Notes: generated by a model not told the origin, from the sequence alone. Counted from the first letter of the stretch, positions 1 through 9,576 are shown. The stretch: DNA of 64,000 nt from Myxococcales bacterium (GCA_037445065.1 JBBILD010000008.1:64001-128000); one strand, 5' to 3'. Numbers and translations are program-made.

Positions 1-1
1 C

Positions 2-760
2 GGTTGGGATTATGTGCGCTGCGTCGGCCTCGGCAACTACGGATCGTTGCTCGCGGATCCACTTTTTTGGCGGGCATTGGTGAACACTCTGTACTTCGTG
101 CTTGCAGGGGGAGCTTTGTCGCTGTTCGTCTCCCTCGCCGCCGCCCTGTTGCTCACCGCTGGAGATGTGTGCGGCCGAGCTGTGTGGCGCACGATGTTTT
201 TCGTGCCCGTGGTAACGACCGTGGTTGCGGCAGCGGTGGTGTGGCGCGCGTGGTATCACCCGCGGGTTGGTGTGTTGGCTGCTTTGCTAAGCGCTGTAGG
301 ATTCGAGCCCGTGGATTGGTTGGGGGATCCGCGTTGGGCTATGCCGGCCATCATTCTTTTCGCGGTGTGGAAAAATTTCGGCTTCAACATGGTGATCCTG
401 GTGGCGGCCCTCCAGAGCATCCCCAGTGCGCTCTATGAGGCTGCCAGTGTTGACGGAGCGGGGCGCTGGCAGCAGTTTCGCGCCGTCACTTTGCCCATGC
501 TGCGACCCGCCCTCTCGTTTGTGGTTCTGATGACCACGATCGGTTCCTTTCAGTTGTTCGCGGAGCCGTACGTGATGACCCAGGGCGGGCCGGCGAACGC
601 GACCCTGAGCCTTGTGCTGCTGATGTACCGGAACGGGTTTCAGTGGTGGAACGTGGGTTACGGGGCGGCGGTGGCTTGGGTTCTGTTCGCTCTCTTGCTG
701 TGCGTGACGGTGGTGCTGACGCGCTGGCGTGCCCTGGGCTGGCGAGGCGGAGGTTCTTGA
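2..760 (+). CDS. Carbohydrate ABC transporter permease (MalF/UgpA-like), 5' truncated by window edge
   Basis: Frame open from base 2; EAA loop LYEAASVDGAGRWQQFRAVTLP; MTQGGP motif; multiple TM segments. Confidence 0.93.
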   Translation, partial: GWDYVRCVGLGNYGSLLADPLFWRALVNTLYFVLAGGALSLFVSLAAALLLTAGDVCGRAVWRTMFFVPVVTTVVAAAVVWRAWYHPRVGVLAALLSAVGFEPVDWLGDPRWAMPAIILFAVWKNFGFNMVILVAALQSIPSALYEAASVDGAGRWQQFRAVTLPMLRPALSFVVLMTTIGSFQLFAEPYVMTQGGPANATLSLVLLMYRNGFQWWNVGYGAAVAWVLFALLLCVTVVLTRWRALGWRGGGS

Positions 761-1611
761 TGCAACGGTCTGCGTCTTGGCGGGTACGCTGCGGGCGGAG
801 CCTGCGCTGGTTGCTGCTCCATGGGTGCTTGGCGTGCTTTGCAGCGGCCACCCTACTGCCCCTGTTTTGGATGGTGGCCGCCTCCCTCATGCCATCAGGG
901 GAAGCGAGCCGCCTTCCTGTCCGCTGGTGGCCCAGCAGGGTCACGTGGGACCACTACGTCCAGTTGTTTGCCACGTTGCAGCTGGGGCGTAGCTTTTTCA
1001 ACAGTCTGTTCGTTTCCACCGCTGCAACGGTGATTTCCACGACCCTCAACGCCATGGCAGGATACGCGCTGGCAAAACTGCCGTTTGCGGGGCGCGACCG
1101 GATATTCCGTGGCCTTCTCGCGTTGTTGGTGATTCCAGGCCAGGTTGGAATGCTGCCTTTGTTCTTACTTCTCAAAGAGCTGCAGTGGATCAACACGTAC
1201 TGGGGCGTGCTGGTACCAAGTTTGGCGAGTGTTTTTGGCATCTTCTTGGTGCGGCAGTATGTGCTGGGTATCCCCGATGCGCTGCTTGACGCGGCGCGTG
1301 CCGATGGAGCGGGCGAGTTCCGAGTGTTTTGGTCGGTTGGCCTGCCATTGTGCCGGCCGATTCTTACGACTCTGGCCGTGTTTACATTTTTGGGTACCTG
1401 GAACGATTTCTTGTGGCCCTTGATTGTGCTTACGGATGACTCGATGCACACGTTGCCGGTGGCGCTCGCCAGTTTGGCAGGCGAGCACGTGCAGGATACC
1501 GAACTCATGATGGCCGGCGCAGTTCTAACGATGCTGCCGGCGATTCTGCTGTTTTTGGCGCTACAGCGGGCATATTTGAGCGGTCTGCTCGGCGGCGCGC
1601 TGAAGTTCTAG
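760..1611 (+). CDS. Carbohydrate ABC transporter permease (MalG/UgpE-like)
   Basis: ATG overlaps upstream TGA; EAA loop LLDAARADGAGEFRVF; WNDFLWP motif. Confidence 0.93.
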   Translation: MQRSASWRVRCGRSLRWLLLHGCLACFAAATLLPLFWMVAASLMPSGEASRLPVRWWPSRVTWDHYVQLFATLQLGRSFFNSLFVSTAATVISTTLNAMAGYALAKLPFAGRDRIFRGLLALLVIPGQVGMLPLFLLLKELQWINTYWGVLVPSLASVFGIFLVRQYVLGIPDALLDAARADGAGEFRVFWSVGLPLCRPILTTLAVFTFLGTWNDFLWPLIVLTDDSMHTLPVALASLAGEHVQDTELMMAGAVLTMLPAILLFLALQRAYLSGLLGGALKF

Positions 1612-1642
1612 CGCACCTGAAAACGAAGCGAAGCGGGACCAA

Positions 1643-2119
1643 ATGCACAGCCAGCAAAGCGCCGATCGGGTGAAAGACGTCGTGGTGAATCGCCGGGCGC
1701 GGCATGATTACCATATCGAGGAAACGATCGAGGCGGGGTTGGCCCTGGTGGGAAGTGAAGTCAAGTCGTTGCGCGCGGGTAAAGGCCAACTGAAAGATTC
1801 CTACGCGCGTATCAAGGACGGTGAAGTTTGGCTCGTCCAAGCGCACATCAGCGAGTACACACCGGCGGCGCGTTTTGGGCACGATCCGACTCGCCCGCGC
1901 AAGTTGCTGTTGCACAAGCGCGAGATCGTGCGCTTGGCGAGCAAAGTAAAACAAAAGGGCTTCACTCTGGTTCCTCTCCGGATTTACTTTAAGCGCAGGC
2001 GAGCGAAGGTCGAACTCGGCTTGGCGCGTGGCAAGAAACTGTATGACAAGCGGGCCACGATCCGTGCGCGGGAGGCGCAACGCGAAATCGAGCGAGCGCA
2101 GCGCGGGCGGAGGGGGTGA
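1643..2119 (+). CDS. smpB: SsrA-binding protein SmpB
   Basis: NRRARHDY, EAGLALVGSEVKSLR, RPRKLLLHKREI, ARGKKLYDKR. Confidence 0.98.
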   Translation: MHSQQSADRVKDVVVNRRARHDYHIEETIEAGLALVGSEVKSLRAGKGQLKDSYARIKDGEVWLVQAHISEYTPAARFGHDPTRPRKLLLHKREIVRLASKVKQKGFTLVPLRIYFKRRRAKVELGLARGKKLYDKRATIRAREAQREIERAQRGRRG

Positions 2120-2128
2120 GGGTCTGTT

Positions 2129-3175
2129 TCAGGATCGGCCAGGTTGCCGGTCTGTCGGCTGGCTTCTGCGGGGTCGAAGAGCGCGCGCTCGCAGCTTCAG
2201 TTCTTCTCGTGCCAACAGCGCCGCGATGTAGTTGTCGAGATCAAAATAATCCCGGTACTCGGGCAGATCTTTGAACGAACGATCGATGAGCATGTGGTAT
2301 CCGTCGGTATCGACTTCCAAAACCAGCGGCCCGGTTGCGTCTGTGCGGATAATATCCACGGCTGCCACCGCCGCACCGAGTACGCGCGCCGCTCGGAGAG
2401 CCGTTTTCTCGGTCTGTTCGCTCACGGATAAGAGAAAGCGATAGTAGGCTCCGCGACTCACGTTTACGATCCAATCCCCAGGGCGCCTGTAGACGCTACG
2501 TACTCGTTCAGTCCAAAATCGTAGCTCATTGTCCACTATGTAGGCACGCAGCACCTGCCCAGGGCGAAATTCCCCTTGTGCATGCGTGCCGATCATCTTC
2601 TGTACGTAGTACGGAGGAGGTAGGAAGAGCCGGTCCTGGGCAATGCGTTCCGGCCCACCGCTGAAGTCCAAACGATAAGCGTTGTACCCGTTGTCCGCCA
2701 TCAGGCCAGCCCCGTCTTGCCAAATTACCCAGTGCCCGCTGCCGCCGCACCCGAAGCGTTGTTTCAGGATGGCAAAGCCGTGCCTGTGGACAAAATCCCG
2801 TACCTCGCGACCATCGTGCGTCACCAGAGTTTCTGGCACCGGGACACCGCGATTAACCAAACGTTGTTGCGTGTCGAGTTTGTCCCAGCACAAATCTTGA
2901 ACGGTAAGCGGAATCAACGGGCGCCCGTTGGGGAAAACCTTAGCGAGTTTTTGCGCCGCCTCTGCCGCCGAAGCTGCGTCGAAAGGAAGTAGGTATAGGC
3001 GTTCTACGTACGGGTAAGAACGGTTGGAGGAAAGAGCCTCTTCGAGACACACTCCCTCTCCTGATGCGCGCTGGGACAAGCGCACGGCCGCGCATAGATC
3101 CTCCACGGCTTTGGCCACGAACGGCCAGTACGGTCTCCCATACACAACAGCGATCATCAGCGGAGTCGGGGGCAT
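2129..3175 (-). CDS. RimK-like ATP-grasp protein (divergent)
   Basis: DK..TQQRL...GVPVPET, LKQRFGCGGSG, YVQKMI, WIVNVSRGA, AAVDII, LVLEVD; start uncertain (3157/3175/3190). Confidence 0.75.
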   Translation of the reverse strand: MPPTPLMIAVVYGRPYWPFVAKAVEDLCAAVRLSQRASGEGVCLEEALSSNRSYPYVERLYLLPFDAASAAEAAQKLAKVFPNGRPLIPLTVQDLCWDKLDTQQRLVNRGVPVPETLVTHDGREVRDFVHRHGFAILKQRFGCGGSGHWVIWQDGAGLMADNGYNAYRLDFSGGPERIAQDRLFLPPPYYVQKMIGTHAQGEFRPGQVLRAYIVDNELRFWTERVRSVYRRPGDWIVNVSRGAYYRFLLSVSEQTEKTALRAARVLGAAVAAVDIIRTDATGPLVLEVDTDGYHMLIDRSFKDLPEYRDYFDLDNYIAALLAREELKLRARALRPRRSQPTDRQPGRS

Positions 3176-3215
3176 GGAGCGTCGAGGCAACGGTTCGGTA
3201 CCAAAAAGGGTTAGC

Positions 3216-4118
3216 TCACGAAAAGAACTTTTCTGCGTCGCCTAGCTGGACGAGCAGGTCGTGCACCTGCCTGTCACGGTACACGCGCAAGCGCACGTGT
3301 TCGCCAGGTGATCGGGCCCAGAGTTCATCGTACAGCTCGTCTCGCTCATGAACGACTCGGTCTTCGATGGCAAGTAGGACGTCTCCGGCCCGCAGACCTG
3401 CGAGTTCCGCGGGACTTTCCGGCACGACTCCAGCCACCACCAAATGGTTTCGCAGCGCGTAACAAAACAGGCCGAGCCACCCACGCGGCTTGCGTCCGAG
3501 CGCTTCGCGGTTGTGGAGGAACTGTTCGCGCTTCTCGGCAAGCTCGTCGACCGGAGCGATCAACGAGAGACGGCCGATTTCGCCAACGTCCAGTAGAACG
3601 ACACCGCGCACTTGACCGTAGCGGTCGAGCAGGGCACCACCGCCAAAGCCAGGATTCGGGGCTGTGGTAAAGATGGCTCGTTGTAAACGGTATTCCCAAA
3701 ACGCTGTGAACGGTTCGATCGCGGATACCACGCCGTCGTGCACTCGCCGCCCGTTGTCTGTCACGGCAGCAACCAGGAAAATATCCTCTCCCTTCTGCAA
3801 TCCAGCAGAGGACGAAAGCGGCAAGGCCGGAACGGACGCCTCGTGGTCGATGCTCACCACAGCAAGCCCGGTCAGGAAATCTTGTACCACCTTACGGCCG
3901 CTCCATTGCTGGCCGTCAGCCGTACGCACCGTGATCGAGGACCCGCCGACAACGACGTAGTTCGCAGTCAGAATCAACCCGCTAGCATCGAAAAAGACTC
4001 CGCTACCGTGGCGAGTGGTCCCCAACAGTGCCGCCGAAGGGTGTCGGGCAGGAACTTCCACTTCGAGTTCGACGCTTGCTGGGATTACGGTTTCGAGCAA
4101 TTGAACTGCTGCGTTCAT
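3216..4118 (-). CDS. S1C/HtrA-like trypsin-fold plus PDZ protein, catalytic residues apparently substituted
   Basis: GSGVFF...LILTANYVV, NPGFGGGALL, C-terminal PDZ (SPAELAGLRAGDVLLAI). Confidence 0.85.
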   Translation of the reverse strand: MNAAVQLLETVIPASVELEVEVPARHPSAALLGTTRHGSGVFFDASGLILTANYVVVGGSSITVRTADGQQWSGRKVVQDFLTGLAVVSIDHEASVPALPLSSSAGLQKGEDIFLVAAVTDNGRRVHDGVVSAIEPFTAFWEYRLQRAIFTTAPNPGFGGGALLDRYGQVRGVVLLDVGEIGRLSLIAPVDELAEKREQFLHNREALGRKPRGWLGLFCYALRNHLVVAGVVPESPAELAGLRAGDVLLAIEDRVVHERDELYDELWARSPGEHVRLRVYRDRQVHDLLVQLGDAEKFFS

Positions 4119-4258
4119 TCGAGACCGTTCCTTCGCTGAGATTGCGGACCACGTTGCGCCCTCGGGGTCCTCTGGTTAGCTCGACGCAAAGCAGGAATCG
4201 GATGGGCAAGCAAGAAGCGATGTTGTGCTCGGCTTGGGACACCGCGCAGGGGGAGACG

Positions 4259-5527
4259 ATGTCTCCTTACTCCGCCATCCTGGATGGTCAAGGGCCGGCC
4301 TCTTGGGGCTGTGGGCGAACGCTGCTTGCCCGGAAACCTTCCGCGCTCCTGTGGGTTGGTAGCAGCGGGGAGGTTTTGTGGCTCGAGGGCAAGCATCAAC
4401 GTAACGTTTCGGGAGCGCTTTTCGAGCTACTGGAGCACTTTTGTGAAGAGCACCTGGGGGAAGAAGCGGACGGGCGCCATGTGGTTGCGGCGATCTCTTA
4501 CGAGGCTGGTCGAGCTGGGAACCTGCTTCCGCCTGCAACAAGCAATCGCTGGCCGCTTCTGCTGGCGGCAGCGTATCAGCCACCGGAGGTGATCGAGGCA
4601 GTATCGTGCAAGGTGGAACCTCGCGGGCTGGTCTGTGCCGATCCGGGAATGCAAGGGCCTGGCCCGCGGTTGCATGGCTTGGCGGCGGAACTCAAGCCAA
4701 CGTGGGATGCGGAGCGACACTGTAATGCAGTGCGTCGAGCGTTGGAATATATTGCTGCGGGTGACGTGTATCAGGTGAATTTGGCGTACCCATGGCGATG
4801 CGCGGAGAGGGTCCCTCCGCTCGCTCTTTTTGAAACCCTGCAGCGGGGAAATCCGGTCCCTTACGGTGCGTACTTCCGTTGCGGGCCATTCGAGCTGGTG
4901 GTCAACTCACCCGAGTGCCTGCTGCGGCGCCGCGGGCGGTGGGTGGAGACCTGGCCAATCAAAGGGACCCGGCCGCGCGGAGCGAGCATCCACGAGGACG
5001 AAGCTTTGCGTGAAGAACTGCTTGCCGACCCCAAAGAACAGGCCGAACTCGTCATGATCGTCGACTTAGAGCGGAACGACTTGGGACGTGTGTGCGATAC
5101 GGGCTCTGTGCAAGTGATCGAGCACGCCAAGGTGTGCAGCTTCGAGCGCTGGCACCACCTCCAGTCGGTAGTGCGGGGCCGTTTGCGAGCAGACGTCAGT
5201 TGGAGTGCCGTCCTTGCTGCGCTTCTGCCAGGGGGCTCGGTCACGGGTGCGCCGAAACGACGAGCGATGCAAATTATTGACGAACTCGAAGGCGAACCGC
5301 GCGGATTTTATACCGGCGCTCTGGGGTGGTTCCGATCTCGGTGTGACGCGGACTTCGCGTTGACCATTCGCACCGCGATCGTGGGTTCGGCAGGGCTCGA
5401 GTACTGGACCGGAGGAGGGATCGTGGCCGACTCGGTCCCGGAAAGAGAGTACGCAGAGACTTGGCTCAAGGCACTCCCACTGCGGAACGTACTCGAGGCT
5501 TGGAGAGGAGAGGAGGCCCGATGGTAG
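4259..5527 (+). CDS. pabB: Aminodeoxychorismate synthase component I / anthranilate synthase I family
   Basis: GDVYQVNLA, PIKGTRPRG, MIVDLERNDLGRVC, GGSVTGAPK, GGGIVADS; GGGGAG SD before ATG 4259; followed by pabC-like gene. Confidence 0.88.
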   Translation: MSPYSAILDGQGPASWGCGRTLLARKPSALLWVGSSGEVLWLEGKHQRNVSGALFELLEHFCEEHLGEEADGRHVVAAISYEAGRAGNLLPPATSNRWPLLLAAAYQPPEVIEAVSCKVEPRGLVCADPGMQGPGPRLHGLAAELKPTWDAERHCNAVRRALEYIAAGDVYQVNLAYPWRCAERVPPLALFETLQRGNPVPYGAYFRCGPFELVVNSPECLLRRRGRWVETWPIKGTRPRGASIHEDEALREELLADPKEQAELVMIVDLERNDLGRVCDTGSVQVIEHAKVCSFERWHHLQSVVRGRLRADVSWSAVLAALLPGGSVTGAPKRRAMQIIDELEGEPRGFYTGALGWFRSRCDADFALTIRTAIVGSAGLEYWTGGGIVADSVPEREYAETWLKALPLRNVLEAWRGEEARW

Positions 5528-6399
5528 GCGCTCAGACGACAGTCTTTCCCCGCTACGTGTGGTTCCAGGGGCGTGTCGTGAAGAGCACCCAGGCGCGCGT
5601 CAGCGTCTTTGACCGAGGGCTACTTTATGGGGACGGCCTGTTCGAGACCTTGCGATCTTACGATGGGCGCATCTTTGCTCTCCGCGAGCATTTGGTCAGA
5701 ATGAGGCGATCTGCTCGCGCATTGGGATACCGGGTACCGCTCCTGGATTGGGAGGCAGGGCTTACGAAGTTACTGGCGGCGAACCGGCTTGCCGACGCGT
5801 CAATAAGGATCACGTTGACCCGTGGCGCTGCCCCGCCAGGACTCCTTCCCCCTGCCCGTTGTGATCCTTCGGTCTTTGCTTTCGCTCTGCCTTTGCCCTC
5901 TTCTCTGGTTAGGAACCAGCAGCGAGGGATCTCCGTGATTTCTGTCCCTTTTTCCCGCTTGCCCGCTTTTGCCGCGTTCAAATTGCTGGATTACGTGCCT
6001 GCCCTTATGGCCCGGAGGGAAGCGGCAAAGCGGAAAGCGCAAGAGGCGCTCTACACGTCGCAAGGTTATGTTCAGGAGGCCACCACCGCGAACGTGTTTT
6101 GGGTAACGAATCGGGTACTGAAAACGCCGCCGCTAAACGGGCCCTTACCCGGGGTCACGCGAGAGCTAGTCTTGCGCCTGGCACGCGGATTGGGGATGGC
6201 GGTAGCAGAAAGTCGCTTGGCAGTGGAAGAGCTGGCCGAGGTGGACGAGCTATTCCTGACCTCCTCTGTGGTAGAAGTGCTGCCAGTGGTCCGCGTTGAC
6301 GGCCGCAGGGTGGGCGAAGGCGTTCCGGGACCGTTCACCCGCGCTTTGCAACGAGCCTACCGCCAATTCGTTGATCAGACACTTCAAATCCGCCGGTAG
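5521..6399 (+). CDS. pabC: Aminotransferase class IV (4-amino-4-deoxychorismate lyase / BCAT-like)
   Basis: DRGLLYGDGLFET, EATTANVF, LPGVTR, ELFLTSS; overlaps pabB end. Confidence 0.8.
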   Translation: MVGAQTTVFPRYVWFQGRVVKSTQARVSVFDRGLLYGDGLFETLRSYDGRIFALREHLVRMRRSARALGYRVPLLDWEAGLTKLLAANRLADASIRITLTRGAAPPGLLPPARCDPSVFAFALPLPSSLVRNQQRGISVISVPFSRLPAFAAFKLLDYVPALMARREAAKRKAQEALYTSQGYVQEATTANVFWVTNRVLKTPPLNGPLPGVTRELVLRLARGLGMAVAESRLAVEELAEVDELFLTSSVVEVLPVVRVDGRRVGEGVPGPFTRALQRAYRQFVDQTLQIRR

Positions 6400-6458
6400 G
6401 AAGCGGCACGGTTTTTTCGTTGGTTCCCGGCAAGCTGCTTGGGCTGAACGGACTCAAT

Positions 6459-6475
6459 CTGGCAAGGGCCTTGCT
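6459..6475 (+). promoter_or_regulatory. Sigma54 (-24/-12) promoter
   Basis: CTGGCAAGGGCCTTGCT with exact GG-N10-GC spacing, about 30 nt upstream of ATG 6505 (GGAGG SD). Confidence 0.7.
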
Positions 6476-6504
6476 TCGAATCGCGAGATGTCTGGAGGTC
6501 AGCC

Positions 6505-6888
6505 ATGGACACACGCGATTGGGGAGCGGCGAGCCTAGTGGATTTGCTGGGAGCGGACGCGATCTTGCCGGAGCAGTTTTTTGGCAGAGGCTCGGCGTGC
6601 CAGGCCTCAGGTGAGCGAGCCCTTATGTGGGCGGTGTTTGCGGACGGCCTCGAATGCTACCGGAGGAACTTGGACGCCACCCAGGCGGCGGATCGCGTTG
6701 CGTTCTTGGAGGCGGAAAGCTGGATTTTTCGGAACGATTACGAGTGGCCGTTTTCCTTCGTGAACCTATGCGAGGCCTTCGGTTTTGATCCGAACGGCGT
6801 GCGGGCAGCACTCTTACGCTGGGCCCGGGCTCGTAATAAGCCATTGCGAAGACAGCGTTTTCGTCCCGCCGCGCTGCGCGCTGCTTGA
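6505..6888 (+). CDS. Conserved hypothetical helical protein (ILPEQF...ERALMWAVF...WPFSFVNLCEAFGFDP type)
   Basis: GGAGG SD; protein-like composition; motif pattern recalled from small uncharacterised proteins. Confidence 0.8.
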   Translation: MDTRDWGAASLVDLLGADAILPEQFFGRGSACQASGERALMWAVFADGLECYRRNLDATQAADRVAFLEAESWIFRNDYEWPFSFVNLCEAFGFDPNGVRAALLRWARARNKPLRRQRFRPAALRAA

Positions 6889-7281
6889 CCGGACCAGTGA
6901 CCCACTGCGTTCGGGGGTGAAAGTTCCGAGAGGCTTTTGATCGGGGTGCCAGCGTTCGCTGGCAAAGACTAGCCGGCTCCGCTTGGCTGACTAGGGTCCG
7001 TAGGCCGCGGCTTTGCCATGGCAGAGCCGTGGGCGGCCCTCAGGGCTTTCTCGACACCGCGCTCAGCAGGAAAGAGCCGGTGTGCTTTGTTGGAGGATTG
7101 CCTTCGGAGCGGATGCGGCCTGGGCACTGCGCGGTGGGCAGAGAAGGCACGCCGAATTCAGGGGCGAGAGGCGGTTGGGTGTCGGTACGTACCGTTTAGG
7201 ACCGGGGCCCACGCACCACTGCTTCTCGGTTTGGGAGAGTTCTGTTATTCGGCTTGTGGTCGTTTCACGGAGGCAACTGGT

Positions 7282-7578
7282 ATGGGCGGGTCCACGCAAC
7301 ATTCCCGAGAGGCAGAGCAGCTTCGAGAAAAGCTGTGGGTGTACGCACAGCGAGTGGTGATCCTGATGGTGGTGCTGGGAGCCGGCATCCTGATCGGGTA
7401 CCAACTTTGGGGGGAGGCAGAGGAGCTCCGCCAGCAGGTGCAGGATTTGCGCGACCGGGTGGTGGCTCGCGAAAAAGAGCGAGACACCCTGAAAAGCCAA
7501 ATGGCCTTGATGGATCGGGATAAGAAAGAGTTAGAAAAGCGGTTGCAAGACGCCTTGGCGCGATGCGGGGTAGAGTGA
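7282..7578 (+). CDS. Small single-TM membrane protein with C-terminal coiled coil
   Basis: GGAGG SD at 7269; TM VVILMVVLGAGILIGYQLW then heptad-rich segment. Confidence 0.75.
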   Translation: MGGSTQHSREAEQLREKLWVYAQRVVILMVVLGAGILIGYQLWGEAEELRQQVQDLRDRVVAREKERDTLKSQMALMDRDKKELEKRLQDALARCGVE

Positions 7579-7599
7579 TTCGGCCACCGGTTGCGCGAA

Positions 7600-7628
7600 T
7601 TGACAGGGCAGAAGCCCTTCGGTACTCT
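7600..7628 (+). promoter_or_regulatory. Sigma70 promoter of ffh operon
   Basis: TTGACA-17 nt-TACTCT upstream of ffh. Confidence 0.7.
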
Positions 7629-7681
7629 GTGGGACTTCGAATTAGCCGCGGTTCTTCGTCAGATAGGTTTTCCCACTTTCC

Positions 7682-9013
7682 ATGTTCGACTCTTTAACCG
7701 AAAAACTCGAGGCCACGGTACGCCGGCTGTGGGGAGTCGGCACGATCACCGAGCGCAACATCGAGGATACTGTGCGCGAGGTGCACTTGGCGCTGCTCGA
7801 AGCGGATGTGCACTTCGAGGTGGTCAAGGAGTTTACGGAGAAGGTGCGGCAGAAGGCGTTGGGGCAAGAGGTTCTTAAAAGTCTAACCCCAGCGCAGCAA
7901 TTCATCAAAATCGTCGACGCTGAGTTGACCGCGGTGATGGGGGGCAGGGCCGTTCCCTTTGAGCTGGGTGGGCCTCTGGCGGTGGTCCTCATGGTAGGCC
8001 TCCAGGGTTCCGGCAAGACGACTACCGCGGCCAAGCTGGCGCGCTACGCGCGTGAGGAGTTGGGGCGAACGCCGTACCTAGTCCCAGCGGATGTGTACCG
8101 TCCGGCAGCGATTGAGCAACTCGCACTGCTGGCTCAGCAAGTCGGGTGCCCCTACTACCCTTCTGATCCCAAGCAATCCGCGGTTGACTTGGCCGCCAGC
8201 GGAGTCGCGCAGGCGAGAGCGCTGGGGTGTGACACGGTTATCATCGACACTGCGGGCCGGCTCCACATTGACGAGGCGCTGATGGAAGAAATCGAGCGCA
8301 TCAAGGCAGCGGTTCAGCCGCGACACGTGGTGTTGGTTGTTGACGCGATGACAGGTCAGGATGCGGTTCGCGTTGCCCAGGGTTTCCACCAGCGTCTGGG
8401 GGTCAGCGGCGTGATTCTAACGAAGTTGGACGGGGATGCGCGCGGTGGGGCAGCTCTTTCCGTACGAGCAGTGACCGGTGCGCCAGTGTTGTTTGTGGGC
8501 ACCGGCGAGAAGATCGAGGCTCTTGAGGTCTTCCATCCGGACCGCATGGCCCGCCGAATTCTGGGAATGGGCGACGTGCTGACCTTGGCAGAGCGGGCGC
8601 AAAAAGCGTACGACGCCAAGAGGGCTCTGGAACTGCAAAGGAAGCTGCGGCGAGACGAGTTCACCATCGAGGATTTCCGAGAGCAACTTCGGGTGATTCG
8701 TAAGATGGGCTCGATGGGGGAGTTGTTATCCTTGATCCCGGGGATGAAGAAGCTCACGCGTGGGGTGGATTTGAACGAAGCTGAGGGTGAGTTGAAGCGC
8801 ATCGAGGCGATTATCAACTCGATGACCAAGGAGGAGCGAGGAAACCCGGGAATTCTGAATGGCAGTCGGCGGCGGCGGATCGCAGCAGGCAGTGGTACTT
8901 CGGTGGCGGAGGTGAACCGCTTCCTCAAGCAGTTCGAGCAGACGCGTAAGATGATGAAGAAGATGTCGAAAGTGATGGGCCGCGGAGGTTTGCCCCCGGG
9001 CTTGGGTTTGTAG
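7682..9013 (+). CDS. ffh: Signal recognition particle protein Ffh
   Basis: GLQGSGKTT, DTAGR, TKLDGDARGG, Met-rich M domain. Confidence 0.99.
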   Translation: MFDSLTEKLEATVRRLWGVGTITERNIEDTVREVHLALLEADVHFEVVKEFTEKVRQKALGQEVLKSLTPAQQFIKIVDAELTAVMGGRAVPFELGGPLAVVLMVGLQGSGKTTTAAKLARYAREELGRTPYLVPADVYRPAAIEQLALLAQQVGCPYYPSDPKQSAVDLAASGVAQARALGCDTVIIDTAGRLHIDEALMEEIERIKAAVQPRHVVLVVDAMTGQDAVRVAQGFHQRLGVSGVILTKLDGDARGGAALSVRAVTGAPVLFVGTGEKIEALEVFHPDRMARRILGMGDVLTLAERAQKAYDAKRALELQRKLRRDEFTIEDFREQLRVIRKMGSMGELLSLIPGMKKLTRGVDLNEAEGELKRIEAIINSMTKEERGNPGILNGSRRRRIAAGSGTSVAEVNRFLKQFEQTRKMMKKMSKVMGRGGLPPGLGL

Positions 9014-9043
9014 TAATTCGACCAGGAAGGAGAACACGAAACA

Positions 9044-9337
9044 ATGGCAACCACGATTCGCCTGGCTCGGCATGGCGCAAAAAAACGCCCGTTTTATCGG
9101 ATCGTTGTCGCTGATCGCCGAGCACGCCGCGATGGTCGTCGGCTAGATCAGATCGGCTATTACGATCCCAACCGTGAACCCGCGGAAGTGCAGATTGACG
9201 AACAGAAATTGCAGCTTTGGCTCGCGCGGGGTGCCCAGCCGACGTTGATTGTGGAGCAACTGATGAAGCGCTGGCGTCAGGCCCGCAGTGGCGCTGAGGC
9301 CGGCAGTGTACCGGCACCAGAGAACGGGGAGGCATAG
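9044..9337 (+). CDS. rpsP: 30S ribosomal protein S16
   Basis: [30 protein letters not shown]. Confidence 0.99.
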   Translation: MATTIRLARHGAKKRPFYRIVVADRRARRDGRRLDQIGYYDPNREPAEVQIDEQKLQLWLARGAQPTLIVEQLMKRWRQARSGAEAGSVPAPENGEA

Positions 9338-9339
9338 TC

Positions 9340-9576
9340 ATGAAGGAACTGGTTCAACTCTTGGCAAAGTCCCTGGTGAGCAACCCGGACGCTGTGGAAG
9401 TGCGGGAAACGCAGGGGGAAACTGCTTCGGTCCTCGAACTCAAGGTGGCACGCGAGGACCTGGGCCGTATCATTGGTAAGCAAGGCCGTACCGCGAAGTC
9501 GATCCGCACGATCCTCAATGCGGCGGCGTCTCGTGCCAACCGCAAAGTCATTCTCGAAATCATCGAGGAGAAGTAA
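9340..9576 (+). CDS. khpA: KH-domain RNA-binding protein KhpA
   Basis: DLGRIIGKQGRTAKSIRT; position between rpsP and rimM. Confidence 0.95.
   Translation: MKELVQLLAKSLVSNPDAVEVRETQGETASVLELKVAREDLGRIIGKQGRTAKSIRTILNAAASRANRKVILEIIEEK

Noticed and set aside
1643..2200. tmRNA gene next to smpB
   Set aside because: No room and no tRNA-like ends; the next gene ends 9 nt after smpB
6878..6903. Minus-strand GGTCACTGGTCCGGTCAAGCAGC resembling SRP RNA helix 8 near ffh
   Set aside because: Lacks the GGAA tetraloop stem and overlaps the end of a coding gene; likely coincidence
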